From positions 107,518 through 171,517 of the forward strand of contig JAQXEK010000002.1 in NCBI GenBank assembly GCA_029250885.1: a stretch of 64,000 nucleotides of DNA, given 5' to 3'. A program made the translations under genes and the position numbers. Shown in pieces: positions 1 to 10,700 of this stretch. Positions within the stretch are counted from its first letter, which is position 1. Each line of letters begins with the position of its first letter. The notes below the pieces were generated by a model. That model was given only the letters and a program-made list of their open reading frames with translations. It was not told the DNA's origin and searched no databases. The stretch comes from Planctomycetota bacterium. Lineage in GTDB: Bacteria > Planctomycetota > UBA1135 > GCA-002686595.

Positions 1-6
1 CTGGCC

Positions 7-3000
7 GTGGGCGCGTCGATCATCGCCGTGGGTCCGAAGGCCGGGCGGAACAGCCTTGCCTTACTGCAAGTGGCTAAGGCCGAGTCCGTGACGGTCATGC
101 AGACAACGCCGTCGATCCTACGGGCCTGGCTCGACGAGTCTATCTTGGACGAATTGCGCGAGGTGCACACGGTGATTAGTGGCGGCGATGCCTTGACCCC
201 GGAGCTCACGAAAGAGACCTTAGGTCGCTGGCGCGGAGCCGGCCTCGACACGCGCCTATTTAACCACTACGGACCTTCAGAGGCGTGTATCGACTCGCAC
301 TGGGACGAGGTTTTGTTGCGGTTGGACGATGATCGGATCAAGGCGCGTGACTCGATCTCCGTGGGGCGCGTTGTCCACGGTATGGGCGCGCTGGTTTTGG
401 ATGCTGGTCTCGAGCCCCTTCCGCCCGGTGCCACGGGCGAGCTTTGCCTAGCTGGTGCGAACCTGGCCAGGGGCTACCTGAAAGATCCCGGATTGACGGC
501 GGCGCGCTTTGTGGAGCGCGAGTTCGCAGGGCGCACTACTCGGATCTACCGCACAGGAGACCGCGCGCGCCTAATGCGCGATGGACGCTATGAAATACTC
601 GGTCGTGAGGACGGCCAGGTGAAAATCCACGGACACAGGGTCGAACTTGGTGAGGTGCAGGCCGAATTGCTCGCCTTGCAAGGCGTACGTGCCGCCGAGG
701 TGCTCGCCGTGGAATCCGAGTCCGGCAAGGTACTGGTCGGCTTTGTGCTGCTTGACGGCGCGTCCCAAGATGCGGAGCCGTTGCAGGCCAAGCTGGCCCT
801 GCGGTTGCCCAGCTACATGTGCCCGTCTCAGCTTCACGTGTTGGAGAGCCTACCCTTGAGCGCGAACGAGAAGGTCGACCGCCGGAGGTTGATGGCGCTT
901 GCGTCGGATCGGTTGAAGCGACTGCACATCAGCGCGGGCCGCCTAGCCGAGGGCGACGTCGAGCAATACTTGGCTGCAACTCTTGGCAAGCTGCTTGGGA
1001 CACACGAAGTCCATGTGGACGCGGACTTTTTTGCCATGGGCGGGCACTCTCTTCTCGCCACAAGGCTCTTGGCCCGCGCGCGCACGAAGTACGGCGTCGA
1101 CCTCGAACTGAAGCAGTTTCTTAGCGAGCCGACCCTGGCCGCCTTGGCGGTTAGCATTGCCCAGGCCGCAAACATTTCATCGCAAGAGGGCGGCTCCTCC
1201 CCAAGCCCATCTTTGCCCACGCGAAAAGCGGGAGCCCCAATCCCTCTGTCCCGTGCCCAGCAAAGGCTGTGGCTCCAGGAACAGGGCGCCGCCCCCTCGG
1301 CACGCTACAACATGGCGGGTGCGGTCGACCTACGCGGGAAGCTTGACCGCGTTGCCCTAGAGCGAGCGCTTGGTGCCCTAGTCACGCGCCACGAGATCCT
1401 GCGCACGACCTTCCATGAATCCACCGGCCCCCACGCCGCGGTCCAAGTGGTCGGCCCCGTACCCGAGACGGTCTTGGAGATCCTCGAGGCTACGTCGAGC
1501 CTTGGCTACGGTGGGAGAGCGGACGCGGACCACACGGTTCTGCGCCGGGAGCTGCTTAGCATCGCCATGGTTCCCATGGAGTTGGATCGCGGCCCCTTAG
1601 CGAGGTTCCTGCTGCTCGAGCTTGGTCCCGACCACTTCGGATTGCTGCTCGTGATCCATCACATCCTTGGAGATGGCTGGTCCTTTGGGATCTTGGCAAG
1701 TGAACTGAGCAGCCTCTATTCCGGCGATTCGGAACTCGAGCCGCTTCCGATGCAGTTCGCTGACTACGCGGCGGTCGACGCCCAGCTGTCCCTAGACCAG
1801 GCGCAGCTTGCGGCGTGGCTGGCGAACCTAGCCGGCTCCGCAGCTCTAAACCATCCCCTTGAGCTTCCCACCATAAGGCCAAGGCCGCCGGTCCCATCCG
1901 GCGCGGGTGACTTGATTACACGCGGCGTCCCCCCCGCGGTCGCCGAAGCCGCTCGGGTCTACGCCAAGCAGACCGGGTCGAGCCTGCACAACACCCTGCT
2001 CGCATCCTTCGGCGCGCTGATCTACCACCTAACCCAGGAATCCGATCTAGTCATTGGAGCCGTGCTCGCAGGGAGGGCGCAGCCGGAAGTACAAGACCTG
2101 CTGGGCTTCTTGGTTACGGCACTTCCCGTGCGCCTTCAGCTTGACCCCTCGGATAGCTTCGAAGGCGTGCTCGCCAAGACAAAAGAGGCCATGGGTTTTG
2201 TGCAAACGCACCAAGCCATTGGGTTGGATGTCCTTGCGGAGCAGCTCTGCGGCGAGGCTCATCGCGCATCGGGCGCCTTGCCCCTGTTCCGGATTGGTTT
2301 CGACGTCGCCCACGACCAAGGTCAGCCCCTGGTCATGGAGGGCCTTGAGGTTGCGGTAGTCGAGGCGCACACCGGTTACGCGAAGTTAGACTGGAACGTG
2401 TTGGTCCGCGAGCAGCCGAGCGGCGAGCTCATAGTCGAGATGGAGTACGCGACGCAGCTGTTTGACGAGGCAACCATTGGCGCATGGTTTGATGGCTGGA
2501 TGCAGCTCTTGGGCAGCTTTTTGGCCGCGCCGCACCTAGCCCTCTCGAAAGGCAACCTGATGACCGCGGAGTGCAAGCGGGTCGCTCGAAAAGAGGGCAC
2601 GGGCGTCCCGCTTCCGAGAGCCACCACACGGACTTGCTTAGCTGCGATCGAGGCCTTCGCCGAGGTGAGTCCTGACGCCGTCGCGCTTGTGCAAGGCGAT
2701 GAAAAGCTGACCTACAGCGAGCTCCTTCGGGCCGCCGATTGCTTCGGCCAGTGCTTGATTGCGAGGAGCCCGGACCTGCCCCGGGCCAGCACCATCGCCG
2801 TGATCCTTCCGCGCGGGTTCGACCAAGTGATCGCCCTGCTTGGTCTATGGAAGTGCGGCCACAGCTACATGGCTCTGGATCCGGCAGAGCCCAAAGCGCG
2901 CAACCGGCAGTTGGTCAAGACCGGGCGTTGTGCCTTGGTGATCTCCGGCGACGAGGCTTACGGAGGTGAGCTGGGCCTACCCTGGATCGATGCGAAGCCG

Positions 3001-5736
3001 GGAACCCAGAACATGGACCTGCAGGTGGCCCACTGGGCTGCACCGCGCCCGGGTGACCTGGCGTACTTGGTCCCGACCTCGGGGACGACAGGCACGCCCA
3101 AGTGCATCGAGATGGAGCATGGCGCCCTGCAGAATCAAAACCGCGCGGCAGCCGCCACCTTCGGCTGGTCCAGTCGCGATGTATTTCTGCACCGCATCCC
3201 GATCACCTTCGATGCCGCCATTTTGGAGCTGCTCACGCCGCTCTCCTTGGGCGCAAGAGTCGTGCTCTGCAACTCGGACGAGACCCGCGACCCCAACGCA
3301 CATGTGAAGCTCGCCAAGCGTTCCGGTGCCACGGTGCTGGTTGGCGTGGCCAGTTGGCTCGAAGCATTGCTCGGCGAGTCGGGCTTCAATGACTTGCTCA
3401 GTCTGCGGATGTTAATCTCCGGCGGAGAAGTGATCGGCGCTGGGTTCGCGGCGAAACTCGCAGAGCGCCGCGGGCACCGGGCTCTACAGGTCTTTAACTC
3501 CTACGGTCCCGCAGAGTCCTGTGTGCAGGTGACCGCGCACATGGTCACGCCCTGCGACCTCGATCAGCCAGGGCCCCTAACCCGGATCGGCAAGCCGTTG
3601 CCCGGGACCAACGTCTTCGTTCTGGACCGAGGCGGCTCGCTCTGCTCGGTGGGGGTGGAGGGCGAGCTTGTGATCGGTGGTGTGCAAGTCGCCCGTGGAT
3701 ACCGCGGCGCGACCCGTCGCCAGGGAGCCAGCTTCCGCGAGCACAGCCTTGAGCGCGACCATCTAGACCGCATGTACTGGACCGGTGACCGCGGCATGCG
3801 CCTGGCCGATGGCAGCCTGCGGTTCTGTGGTAGGTTGGATCGCGAACACAAGATCGGTGGCCGCCGCACTAACCTAGGTGAGATCGAGGCCGTGCTGCTC
3901 GGTCACCCCGAGGTCGTCTGCGCCGCTGTCCTGTTGGGGGAGGAGGAGCACCTCGTGGCGCACCTTGAATCTCGCAGCCCACTAACAGCGGCTGAATTGG
4001 CTACTTATTGCCGGGATCACCTTCCCCGCAGCCTGTGTCCTAGCCTGTGGCGCGTTCACAATAGCTTGCCCAAGTTGGCCAGCGGCAAGGTAGACCTTGT
4101 GATGCTAGCTGAGAACCTAGAGCGCAATGGGGACGCTGCCGGTGTGCTGCAAGGCGAGCTCTTAGTCGAAGCGGTCGAGCCCGGAACGAACGAGAAGGAG
4201 CTGCGCATCGTGCAGCTCTTCGAACAGCAGCTCGGAGTTACGGGGCTCGGTCGCAACAGCGATTACTTTGGCTCCGGTGGTAACTCCTTGGGTGCGATCG
4301 AGCTGGTCGCGACCCTGCGCGAAGACCTGGTAATCGCCCGCAATGGCCTTAGGCTGGCGGACTTCTTCCGTGTCTCAAGCCCCGCTAAGCTGGCCGCGTG
4401 GTTGGAGTCTGCGCGTGACGGTGACGATGCCCGCGAGCAGGCTCGCACCCTAGCGGCGATGGCCCGGGACGCAGAGCTTGGCGAGAACTTTGCGCTAGGG
4501 GACAGGCCGGTGGGGATCAGGGACGCCGTCTTCCTGACCGGGGCCACCGGGTTCTTGGGTGCGTTCCTCGTGCACGAGCTCTTGTCGAGTCCTGGCCTCG
4601 AGGTGCGCTGCTTAGTACGGGCTAATTCGCCTGAGTCTGCGCGTCATCGAGTCGAGGCGAACCTAGCCCAGTACGGGCTCCAGTTGCCGAGCGCCGGACG
4701 CCTGGTGTGCTTCGCTGGCGACCTGGGACAAGAGCGCTTTGGCCTAGGCCCAGCCGAATGGCAAGCGGCCGCAGCGGGTGTGCGCGCTGTGCTCCACAAC
4801 GGAGCAGCGGTCGACTTCTTCCGAGACTACGCTGCCCTAGCCGGAGCCAACGTAGAGGGAACGCGCGAGGCCCTGCGCTTGGCCTTTGAGGCTTGTGCAG
4901 AGTTTAATCTTGTCTCCACAATCGGCGTGCTAGCTCGACCGAACGGCGCAGGAAAAGCGCTCAGCGTAGACCTTCCGAGTTGGCCCGACTCGCTCGACGA
5001 GTGCACCCCGCTCGCCTCCGTGATGGCCCATGAGCTAGGCTACGAGCAGACCAAGTGGGTCGCCGAAGCGCTGACCGAAGACGCCTCAAAGCGCGGCCTA
5101 GTCACCCGCGTCTTTCGGCCCGGGCGCATCGCGGCCAGCGCCGGCCTTGTACCCGGCGCGTCTGCAAAGGACGACTTCTCTGGTCGCTTCTTCCTTGGTT
5201 GCCTAGAGTTGCAGATGGCACCGGCCATCGACGCGAGCTTCGACATGACGCCCGTGGACCTGGCCGCGCGCTCCATTGTCCAGCTCGCACAGCTTACGTC
5301 CCCAGCCCCAGCGCAATCCCATCACCAGGGCACTTGGCATCTGTTGCACCCCGATCGTGCGCCCTACGGCGTGCTCTTCGACGCGGCCCGGAGCGCCGGC
5401 ATAACCGTGGAGCTCGTGGACCTTGCCACCTGGCGCGCGTCCGCGGGTGCAAGCGAGCGCCTCGCGCCCATTGTGGCCATGCTGGACGCCCTGCCCGATG
5501 CCGAAGCTGGCCAGCGCCTGGCCCCCGACGCCGCCCTGGACTCGATCGACTCCACCCGGACCTACGCCGCCCTGGAAGCGCTCGGCATTACCGCTCCAAA
5601 GATCGACGAGACTTACGGCGAGGCTGCGGTCAGGTTCCTTCAGAGCCAGGGCATGCTGGCGAAGGAGGCAGGCGCAAGGTATGGCGTACAAAGAGACAGG
5701 CCCGGAGAAGAGAACCTCCACGGGCCTGCCTTATGA
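7..5736 (+). CDS. Nonribosomal peptide synthetase, C-terminal portion (5' end lies upstream of the window). Domain order seen: A(partial)-PCP-C-A-PCP-R(thioester reductase).
   Basis: Adenylation core motifs are recognisable in the translation: A5 NHYGPSE, A6 GELCLAGANLARGY, A7 YRTGD, A8 GREDGQVKIHGHRVELGEV, A9 LPSYMCP. A PCP motif FFAMGGHSLL follows, then condensation motif HHILGDGWS. The second A domain has SGTTGTPK, FDAA, NSYGPAES, YWTGD and LASGKVD. A second PCP (FGSGGNSLGAIEL) precedes a terminal Rossmann motif FLTGATGFLGAFLVHELL typical of NRPS reductase release domains. Confidence 0.9.
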   Translation: MGASIIAVGPKAGRNSLALLQVAKAESVTVMQTTPSILRAWLDESILDELREVHTVISGGDALTPELTKETLGRWRGAGLDTRLFNHYGPSEACIDSHWDEVLLRLDDDRIKARDSISVGRVVHGMGALVLDAGLEPLPPGATGELCLAGANLARGYLKDPGLTAARFVEREFAGRTTRIYRTGDRARLMRDGRYEILGREDGQVKIHGHRVELGEVQAELLALQGVRAAEVLAVESESGKVLVGFVLLDGASQDAEPLQAKLALRLPSYMCPSQLHVLESLPLSANEKVDRRRLMALASDRLKRLHISAGRLAEGDVEQYLAATLGKLLGTHEVHVDADFFAMGGHSLLATRLLARARTKYGVDLELKQFLSEPTLAALAVSIAQAANISSQEGGSSPSPSLPTRKAGAPIPLSRAQQRLWLQEQGAAPSARYNMAGAVDLRGKLDRVALERALGALVTRHEILRTTFHESTGPHAAVQVVGPVPETVLEILEATSSLGYGGRADADHTVLRRELLSIAMVPMELDRGPLARFLLLELGPDHFGLLLVIHHILGDGWSFGILASELSSLYSGDSELEPLPMQFADYAAVDAQLSLDQAQLAAWLANLAGSAALNHPLELPTIRPRPPVPSGAGDLITRGVPPAVAEAARVYAKQTGSSLHNTLLASFGALIYHLTQESDLVIGAVLAGRAQPEVQDLLGFLVTALPVRLQLDPSDSFEGVLAKTKEAMGFVQTHQAIGLDVLAEQLCGEAHRASGALPLFRIGFDVAHDQGQPLVMEGLEVAVVEAHTGYAKLDWNVLVREQPSGELIVEMEYATQLFDEATIGAWFDGWMQLLGSFLAAPHLALSKGNLMTAECKRVARKEGTGVPLPRATTRTCLAAIEAFAEVSPDAVALVQGDEKLTYSELLRAADCFGQCLIARSPDLPRASTIAVILPRGFDQVIALLGLWKCGHSYMALDPAEPKARNRQLVKTGRCALVISGDEAYGGELGLPWIDAKPGTQNMDLQVAHWAAPRPGDLAYLVPTSGTTGTPKCIEMEHGALQNQNRAAAATFGWSSRDVFLHRIPITFDAAILELLTPLSLGARVVLCNSDETRDPNAHVKLAKRSGATVLVGVASWLEALLGESGFNDLLSLRMLISGGEVIGAGFAAKLAERRGHRALQVFNSYGPAESCVQVTAHMVTPCDLDQPGPLTRIGKPLPGTNVFVLDRGGSLCSVGVEGELVIGGVQVARGYRGATRRQGASFREHSLERDHLDRMYWTGDRGMRLADGSLRFCGRLDREHKIGGRRTNLGEIEAVLLGHPEVVCAAVLLGEEEHLVAHLESRSPLTAAELATYCRDHLPRSLCPSLWRVHNSLPKLASGKVDLVMLAENLERNGDAAGVLQGELLVEAVEPGTNEKELRIVQLFEQQLGVTGLGRNSDYFGSGGNSLGAIELVATLREDLVIARNGLRLADFFRVSSPAKLAAWLESARDGDDAREQARTLAAMARDAELGENFALGDRPVGIRDAVFLTGATGFLGAFLVHELLSSPGLEVRCLVRANSPESARHRVEANLAQYGLQLPSAGRLVCFAGDLGQERFGLGPAEWQAAAAGVRAVLHNGAAVDFFRDYAALAGANVEGTREALRLAFEACAEFNLVSTIGVLARPNGAGKALSVDLPSWPDSLDECTPLASVMAHELGYEQTKWVAEALTEDASKRGLVTRVFRPGRIAASAGLVPGASAKDDFSGRFFLGCLELQMAPAIDASFDMTPVDLAARSIVQLAQLTSPAPAQSHHQGTWHLLHPDRAPYGVLFDAARSAGITVELVDLATWRASAGASERLAPIVAMLDALPDAEAGQRLAPDAALDSIDSTRTYAALEALGITAPKIDETYGEAAVRFLQSQGMLAKEAGARYGVQRDRPGEENLHGPAL
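960..1170 (+). other. NRPS PCP (thiolation) domain 1
   Basis: GGHSL phosphopantetheine-attachment motif encoded near nt 1040-1055. Confidence 0.7.
1230..2560 (+). other. NRPS condensation domain
   Basis: HHxxxDG motif (HHILGDG) encoded near nt 1650-1670. Confidence 0.7.
2600..4100 (+). other. NRPS adenylation domain (module 2)
   Basis: A3 motif (SGTTGTPK, ~3080), A4 (~3210), A5 (~3500), A7 (~3780) and A10 SGKVD (~4085) are present in order. Confidence 0.75.
4180..4400 (+). other. NRPS PCP domain 2 (variant GGNSL motif)
   Basis: FGSGGNSLGAIEL encoded at ~4265-4300. Confidence 0.6.
4500..5736 (+). other. NRPS terminal thioester reductase (R) domain
   Basis: TGxxGxxG NAD(P)-binding motif (LTGATGFLGAF) at ~4537-4563, with ~400 aa of short-chain-dehydrogenase-like sequence running to the stop codon. 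Confidence 0.75.
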
Positions 5737-5850
5737 CTTGCTTGCCTTCCCTTCGGTGTGCTCGGGGAGACTTGCAGGGGTCTGCGTTACGCATGCAGGT
5801 AGATCAAGTGATCCGTAGGGCCGGAGCCTCCGCCGCGAATGCCAAATCCG

Positions 5851-6987
5851 TTAGTCCAATTCGGAAGACTGGGTGGAAAACCACAATTCAGCATTGAGAA
5901 TAGAACCGCCCGCAGCTCCGCGGATGGTGTTGTGGCTCAAGGTGATGAATTTCCAAGCGCGGCGCTTAGGGCCTACCTCTCCATAGACTCCATCGGGCCG
6001 TAGGCGCCCGATGCTTGCCGCCATTCCCGATTCTAGGTTGACGTGCAGGGCGGGCTGAGGTGCGGAATCTTCGGCTAGGTAGTGCACGGGACGTGCCGGC
6101 GCCGAGGGCAAATGCTCGGTTTGGGGCAGCCCCTGAAAGCGTGCCCATGCGTCGAGCACATCGTCCTTCGTCACGGGTTCGTCGAACTCCACCTGCACCG
6201 AAAGTAGATGCCCGTTGGTGACGGGTACGCGGGTACAAGTCGCGGAGACCGGGAACTCTGCGTGCTCAATTTCGAACTCGGGCAGAGATCCGTCGCCGAG
6301 GTTGGTCATAAGCTCGCCGAGCAACTTCCCTGGCTCGATCGCAAGCTTGACCTCTTCGCCGCGGATGAAGGGGATCACGTTGCCCTCAAGCTCCATGAGC
6401 TTGCCGTCGATCAGCCCTGCGCCGGACAGGGCTTGTTGGGTGACGACCGAGACACGGCGCAGGCCAAAGGCGCGATAGATGGGAGCAAGGGCCAATACCA
6501 GGCCGACGGTAGAGCAGTTCGGGTTGGTTATGATTACGCCTGAGCGCTGCTGCCTCGTGGCTAGGGCAAAGTGATCGGCGTTGACCTCGGGCACGATCAG
6601 CGGTACGTCGGCATCCATGCGGTGGCTGCCCGCGTTGGAAAAGACCAGCAGTCCTGCATCGGCTACCTCGGCCTCGAGCTCGCCGGCCACATCCGGCGAG
6701 AGCGCGGAGAACGCCACGACCAATCCGCCCAGGTCGTCGGGGTTTAGCAGCTCGACACCAAGCCCGGCAAACTGCTTGGGCAAGGGCGTCTCCAGGGCCC
6801 AGTCCACGGCCTCGGCGTAGGTCTTGCCGGCGCTTTCTTCGGAGGCGAACAGGCGCTCGACCCGGAACCAGGGGTGTTCGTCGAGCAGAGCCAAGAAGCG
6901 CTGGCCCACAGCGCCGGTGGCGCCGAGGATGGCCACGGGGATGGAGGTTTTGGGGCCGGGCCTACTTTGGTCTTGGGTAGCACTCAT
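5851..6987 (-). CDS. asd: Aspartate-semialdehyde dehydrogenase
   Basis: Minus-strand translation MSATQDQ...VAILGATGAVGQRFL...SGAG...HNTIRGAAGG is the ASD family signature. The tracked ORF extends further 5', but the internal ATG at 6985-6987 gives a product of canonical length (379 aa). Confidence 0.85.
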   Translation of the reverse strand: MSATQDQSRPGPKTSIPVAILGATGAVGQRFLALLDEHPWFRVERLFASEESAGKTYAEAVDWALETPLPKQFAGLGVELLNPDDLGGLVVAFSALSPDVAGELEAEVADAGLLVFSNAGSHRMDADVPLIVPEVNADHFALATRQQRSGVIITNPNCSTVGLVLALAPIYRAFGLRRVSVVTQQALSGAGLIDGKLMELEGNVIPFIRGEEVKLAIEPGKLLGELMTNLGDGSLPEFEIEHAEFPVSATCTRVPVTNGHLLSVQVEFDEPVTKDDVLDAWARFQGLPQTEHLPSAPARPVHYLAEDSAPQPALHVNLESGMAASIGRLRPDGVYGEVGPKRRAWKFITLSHNTIRGAAGGSILNAELWFSTQSSELD

Positions 6988-7518
6988 GGGCGGGAGTCTA
7001 GCGCTGCATCGTGAGCAGCGGGACATGGGGCTGGGGTGATTGTTGACAAGGGTGACAAATCCGGATCGATTGATGTGAGAGCTTATTCGTGCCGATATGT
7101 TCCTCCTTCGCCACGCAGTGTGCCCCATTCCACCGCAACATCCAGTCCCAAGGGCCATGTACCACGACTGCTCTTATCACGACCACCGCACCCGCGATCG
7201 CATATAGCCAATCCGGCTCGTCGCCCCCGGTCTCTCTCCCTCGATCTACCCCTGACGACATCCATTAGGCCCTCGGACCCGACCCCGCCACCGGAAGTCT
7301 AAAAGCGTCCTTTGGTGCATGGCTCACCCTGCGCGGCCTCAAGATCCTGCCCATGCGCGTCGAGCGTCGCAGCCTTGCAGCAGGCCTCTTACCGAGAAGG
7401 CCACCCCGCGGTCACCCGAGTTCACTGCCCTGGGTTAGAATCGAATCGGAGCCTCTCGCTCTGCCAGGCTAAGCAATCGTCCGGCGGCGCCTAGTCCCTC
7501 ATCAGCCACCCCGCCACC

Positions 7519-9411
7519 ATGACCCACGCTAAGTACCAAGCCGCCCCGATCACGGTGCTAAAGTTTGGTTCGTCGGTGCTGCGCTCGGAAGCGGATCTGC
7601 CGGCGGTTGTGCATGAAATCTACGCCGAGCTGCGCTTGGGCCGCCGCGTGTTGGTAGTGCCGTCCGCCTTCGGATCGACCACCGACGATCTGCTGGTCCT
7701 AGCCAAGAAGCAGACCCCGGTTCCCGAGCCGTGCGTGCTTGCACGGCTGCTTGCTACGGGCGAGTCCACGTCGGCCGCGCTTCTGAGCCTGGCTCTAAAG
7801 CGCGCCGGTGTCGCCGCGCGCTTGATCGGCCCCGAGGCGATCGGACTAAAGGCCGAAGGCGGCTACCTCGATGCCCATCCCATCGGCTTGGATGTCGCGG
7901 CGGTTGAGCGCGAGTTCGAGGCCGCGCCGGTGCTCGTCCTGCCCGGCTTTATCAGCCGTCGTACGGATGGCGAGCTTGCACTCCTCGGTCGCGGGGGCTC
8001 CGACCTGACCGCGATCTTTGTGGCCAGCCGCATCGGCGCCGAGCGCTGCGTTCTGGTCAAGGATGTCGAGGGTCTCTTCGAGTGGGATCCCGCCGGATCC
8101 GCGGCCAATCCGCCCCGGCGCTACGGACGCATCAGCTACGGCGATGCGCTTGGCCTGTCGGGCGACGTGGTGCAGCACAAAGCGATTCGCCTGGCGCGCG
8201 AAGCGGGGCTGTCCTTCGAGGTCAGCAGCGCCTCATCCTTAGGCCACCGAAGTGGCGGCCTAGACTCCAAGGGCAGCGCGCTTTCGGGCGTGGGCACGAC
8301 CCTCGTCGGCGCGGAACCGTCGTCCTGGGACGAGACCGAAACAAAGCGCTTCACGCGCCTTCGCATTGGGCTTATCGGCCATGGAACCGTCGGTTCGGGC
8401 GTGCTGGAGCACCTCTTTGACTCTCCGGAGGACTTCGAGGTCGTGGGCGTCTTGGTGCGCGATATCCAGCGTCACCGGCAGGAGTTGTCGGGCACAAGAA
8501 GCCCCGCCGCCGCGCGCTTCGACGGGCTGTTCACCACTTGTGCCGACGACCTGCTCGGTCGCGGCTTAGACGTCTTGGTCGAGGTCGCGGGTGGTATCGA
8601 GCCCGTTGGCGGTTGGATCGAGTCGGCCTTGGGGGCTGGCATCTCCGTCGTGTCCGCGAACAAGGCGCTCTTTGCCGAGCGGGGCATCGCCCTGGAAGCC
8701 GTAGCGCAGGAGACTGGAGCAAGCGTGGCCTACTCCGCAGCGGTGGGTGGCTCAGCTCCTTTGTTGGAGCGCGCCTATGCATTGCGCGGCGCTCAGAAGG
8801 ACGGCGACTTTCAAGTGCGCCGCATTGAGGCAGTGCTCAACAGCACTACGAACTACGTGCTCGACGCCATGCTCAGTGGCACGTCGTTTGAGCAGTCCAT
8901 CGCCGAGGCCCAAGCCAACGGTTTTGCCGAGGCAGACCCAACCTTGGACATCAACGGCACCGACACGGCCCAGAAGATCGAGCTGCTGGCTAGGGCAATT
9001 TATGGACCCGCTGTCGCAGTCCGCTGGGGAAGGTACCAGGGCATCGACAGCCCGGACCTGGAAAGACTCTTCCAAGAGGCGCACGGCGCGAAGAGCCTGG
9101 TTCGCCTCGTGGCCTCGTGCTACTTGGAGAACAGCGAGGACCGACCCAATGTGCTGCTTGAGGTCGTGCCCAAAGTCTTGCCCGCCAGCTCGGACCTGAC
9201 CCGCATTCGCGGTGCGGGTTCCAGTGCGGTCTTCGAGTTGGGCATCAAGGGCCAGAAGCAGACCGAGCAAGTGTTTGTGTCGGGCGAAGGCGCGGGGTGC
9301 TGGGCCACGGCCGAGTCCGTGATGGCGGACCTGTTAGACCTGCGTCGGAATCCGTGCCGGGCCGGTGCACGAGCCGCTGTCTCGGGCTGTTCCGGCACCC
9401 CACGTCGATAG
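7519..9411 (+). CDS. Bifunctional aspartokinase / homoserine dehydrogenase (amino-acid-kinase domain fused to HSD); apparently without ACT regulatory domains
   Basis: N-terminal part matches aspartokinase: KFGSSVL, VVPSAFGSTTDDLL, GESTSAALLSLAL, LGRGGSDLTA. C-terminal part matches HSD: IGLIGHGTVGSGV, SAAVGGSAPLL, NGTDTAQK, GEGAGCWATAESV. The AK part is only ~275 aa and no ACT-like segment is visible. Confidence 0.8.
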   Translation: MTHAKYQAAPITVLKFGSSVLRSEADLPAVVHEIYAELRLGRRVLVVPSAFGSTTDDLLVLAKKQTPVPEPCVLARLLATGESTSAALLSLALKRAGVAARLIGPEAIGLKAEGGYLDAHPIGLDVAAVEREFEAAPVLVLPGFISRRTDGELALLGRGGSDLTAIFVASRIGAERCVLVKDVEGLFEWDPAGSAANPPRRYGRISYGDALGLSGDVVQHKAIRLAREAGLSFEVSSASSLGHRSGGLDSKGSALSGVGTTLVGAEPSSWDETETKRFTRLRIGLIGHGTVGSGVLEHLFDSPEDFEVVGVLVRDIQRHRQELSGTRSPAAARFDGLFTTCADDLLGRGLDVLVEVAGGIEPVGGWIESALGAGISVVSANKALFAERGIALEAVAQETGASVAYSAAVGGSAPLLERAYALRGAQKDGDFQVRRIEAVLNSTTNYVLDAMLSGTSFEQSIAEAQANGFAEADPTLDINGTDTAQKIELLARAIYGPAVAVRWGRYQGIDSPDLERLFQEAHGAKSLVRLVASCYLENSEDRPNVLLEVVPKVLPASSDLTRIRGAGSSAVFELGIKGQKQTEQVFVSGEGAGCWATAESVMADLLDLRRNPCRAGARAAVSGCSGTPRR

Positions 9412-9526
9412 GGATAAAGGCCATGTACATCGACACTTGAGTCGCGCGTTTAGACGCCGCGCCGGAGTCTCCGTACCGCCCGACCTCTGCGTGATCAATT
9501 AGATGGCGACCCTTAGCCAGGACTCC

Positions 9527-10352
<826 letters not shown>

Positions 10353-10700
10353 GGGACAGCTAGTCTACTCGGGTGTCCGCAGAATGTTCGGGGAGCAGCT
10401 CTGCGGTCAGCGCTTTTCGAGGCCCAATGAAGCTGGCCCATCTATTAAGAGCATAACGCGCAGGCTCCTCACCAAGCCACTGACTTCACCTTCACTCGGG
10501 CCGATCTACACCGCCTCGAGGCCAACACTATGCTCCAAGACGCCGCTTCCCTAGTTGTGGTCGAGTCCATAGACCTCCACCGCGAGGGCCTCTGCCCAGG
10601 CTCCCTCAAGATTGCTGGCCCATGGCGAGATCACCAACCTTGGACGATTTTGCGCGAGTCGCGCTGAAGGTGAGCTACCCCATGTGCCGAAAGGGCTCCC

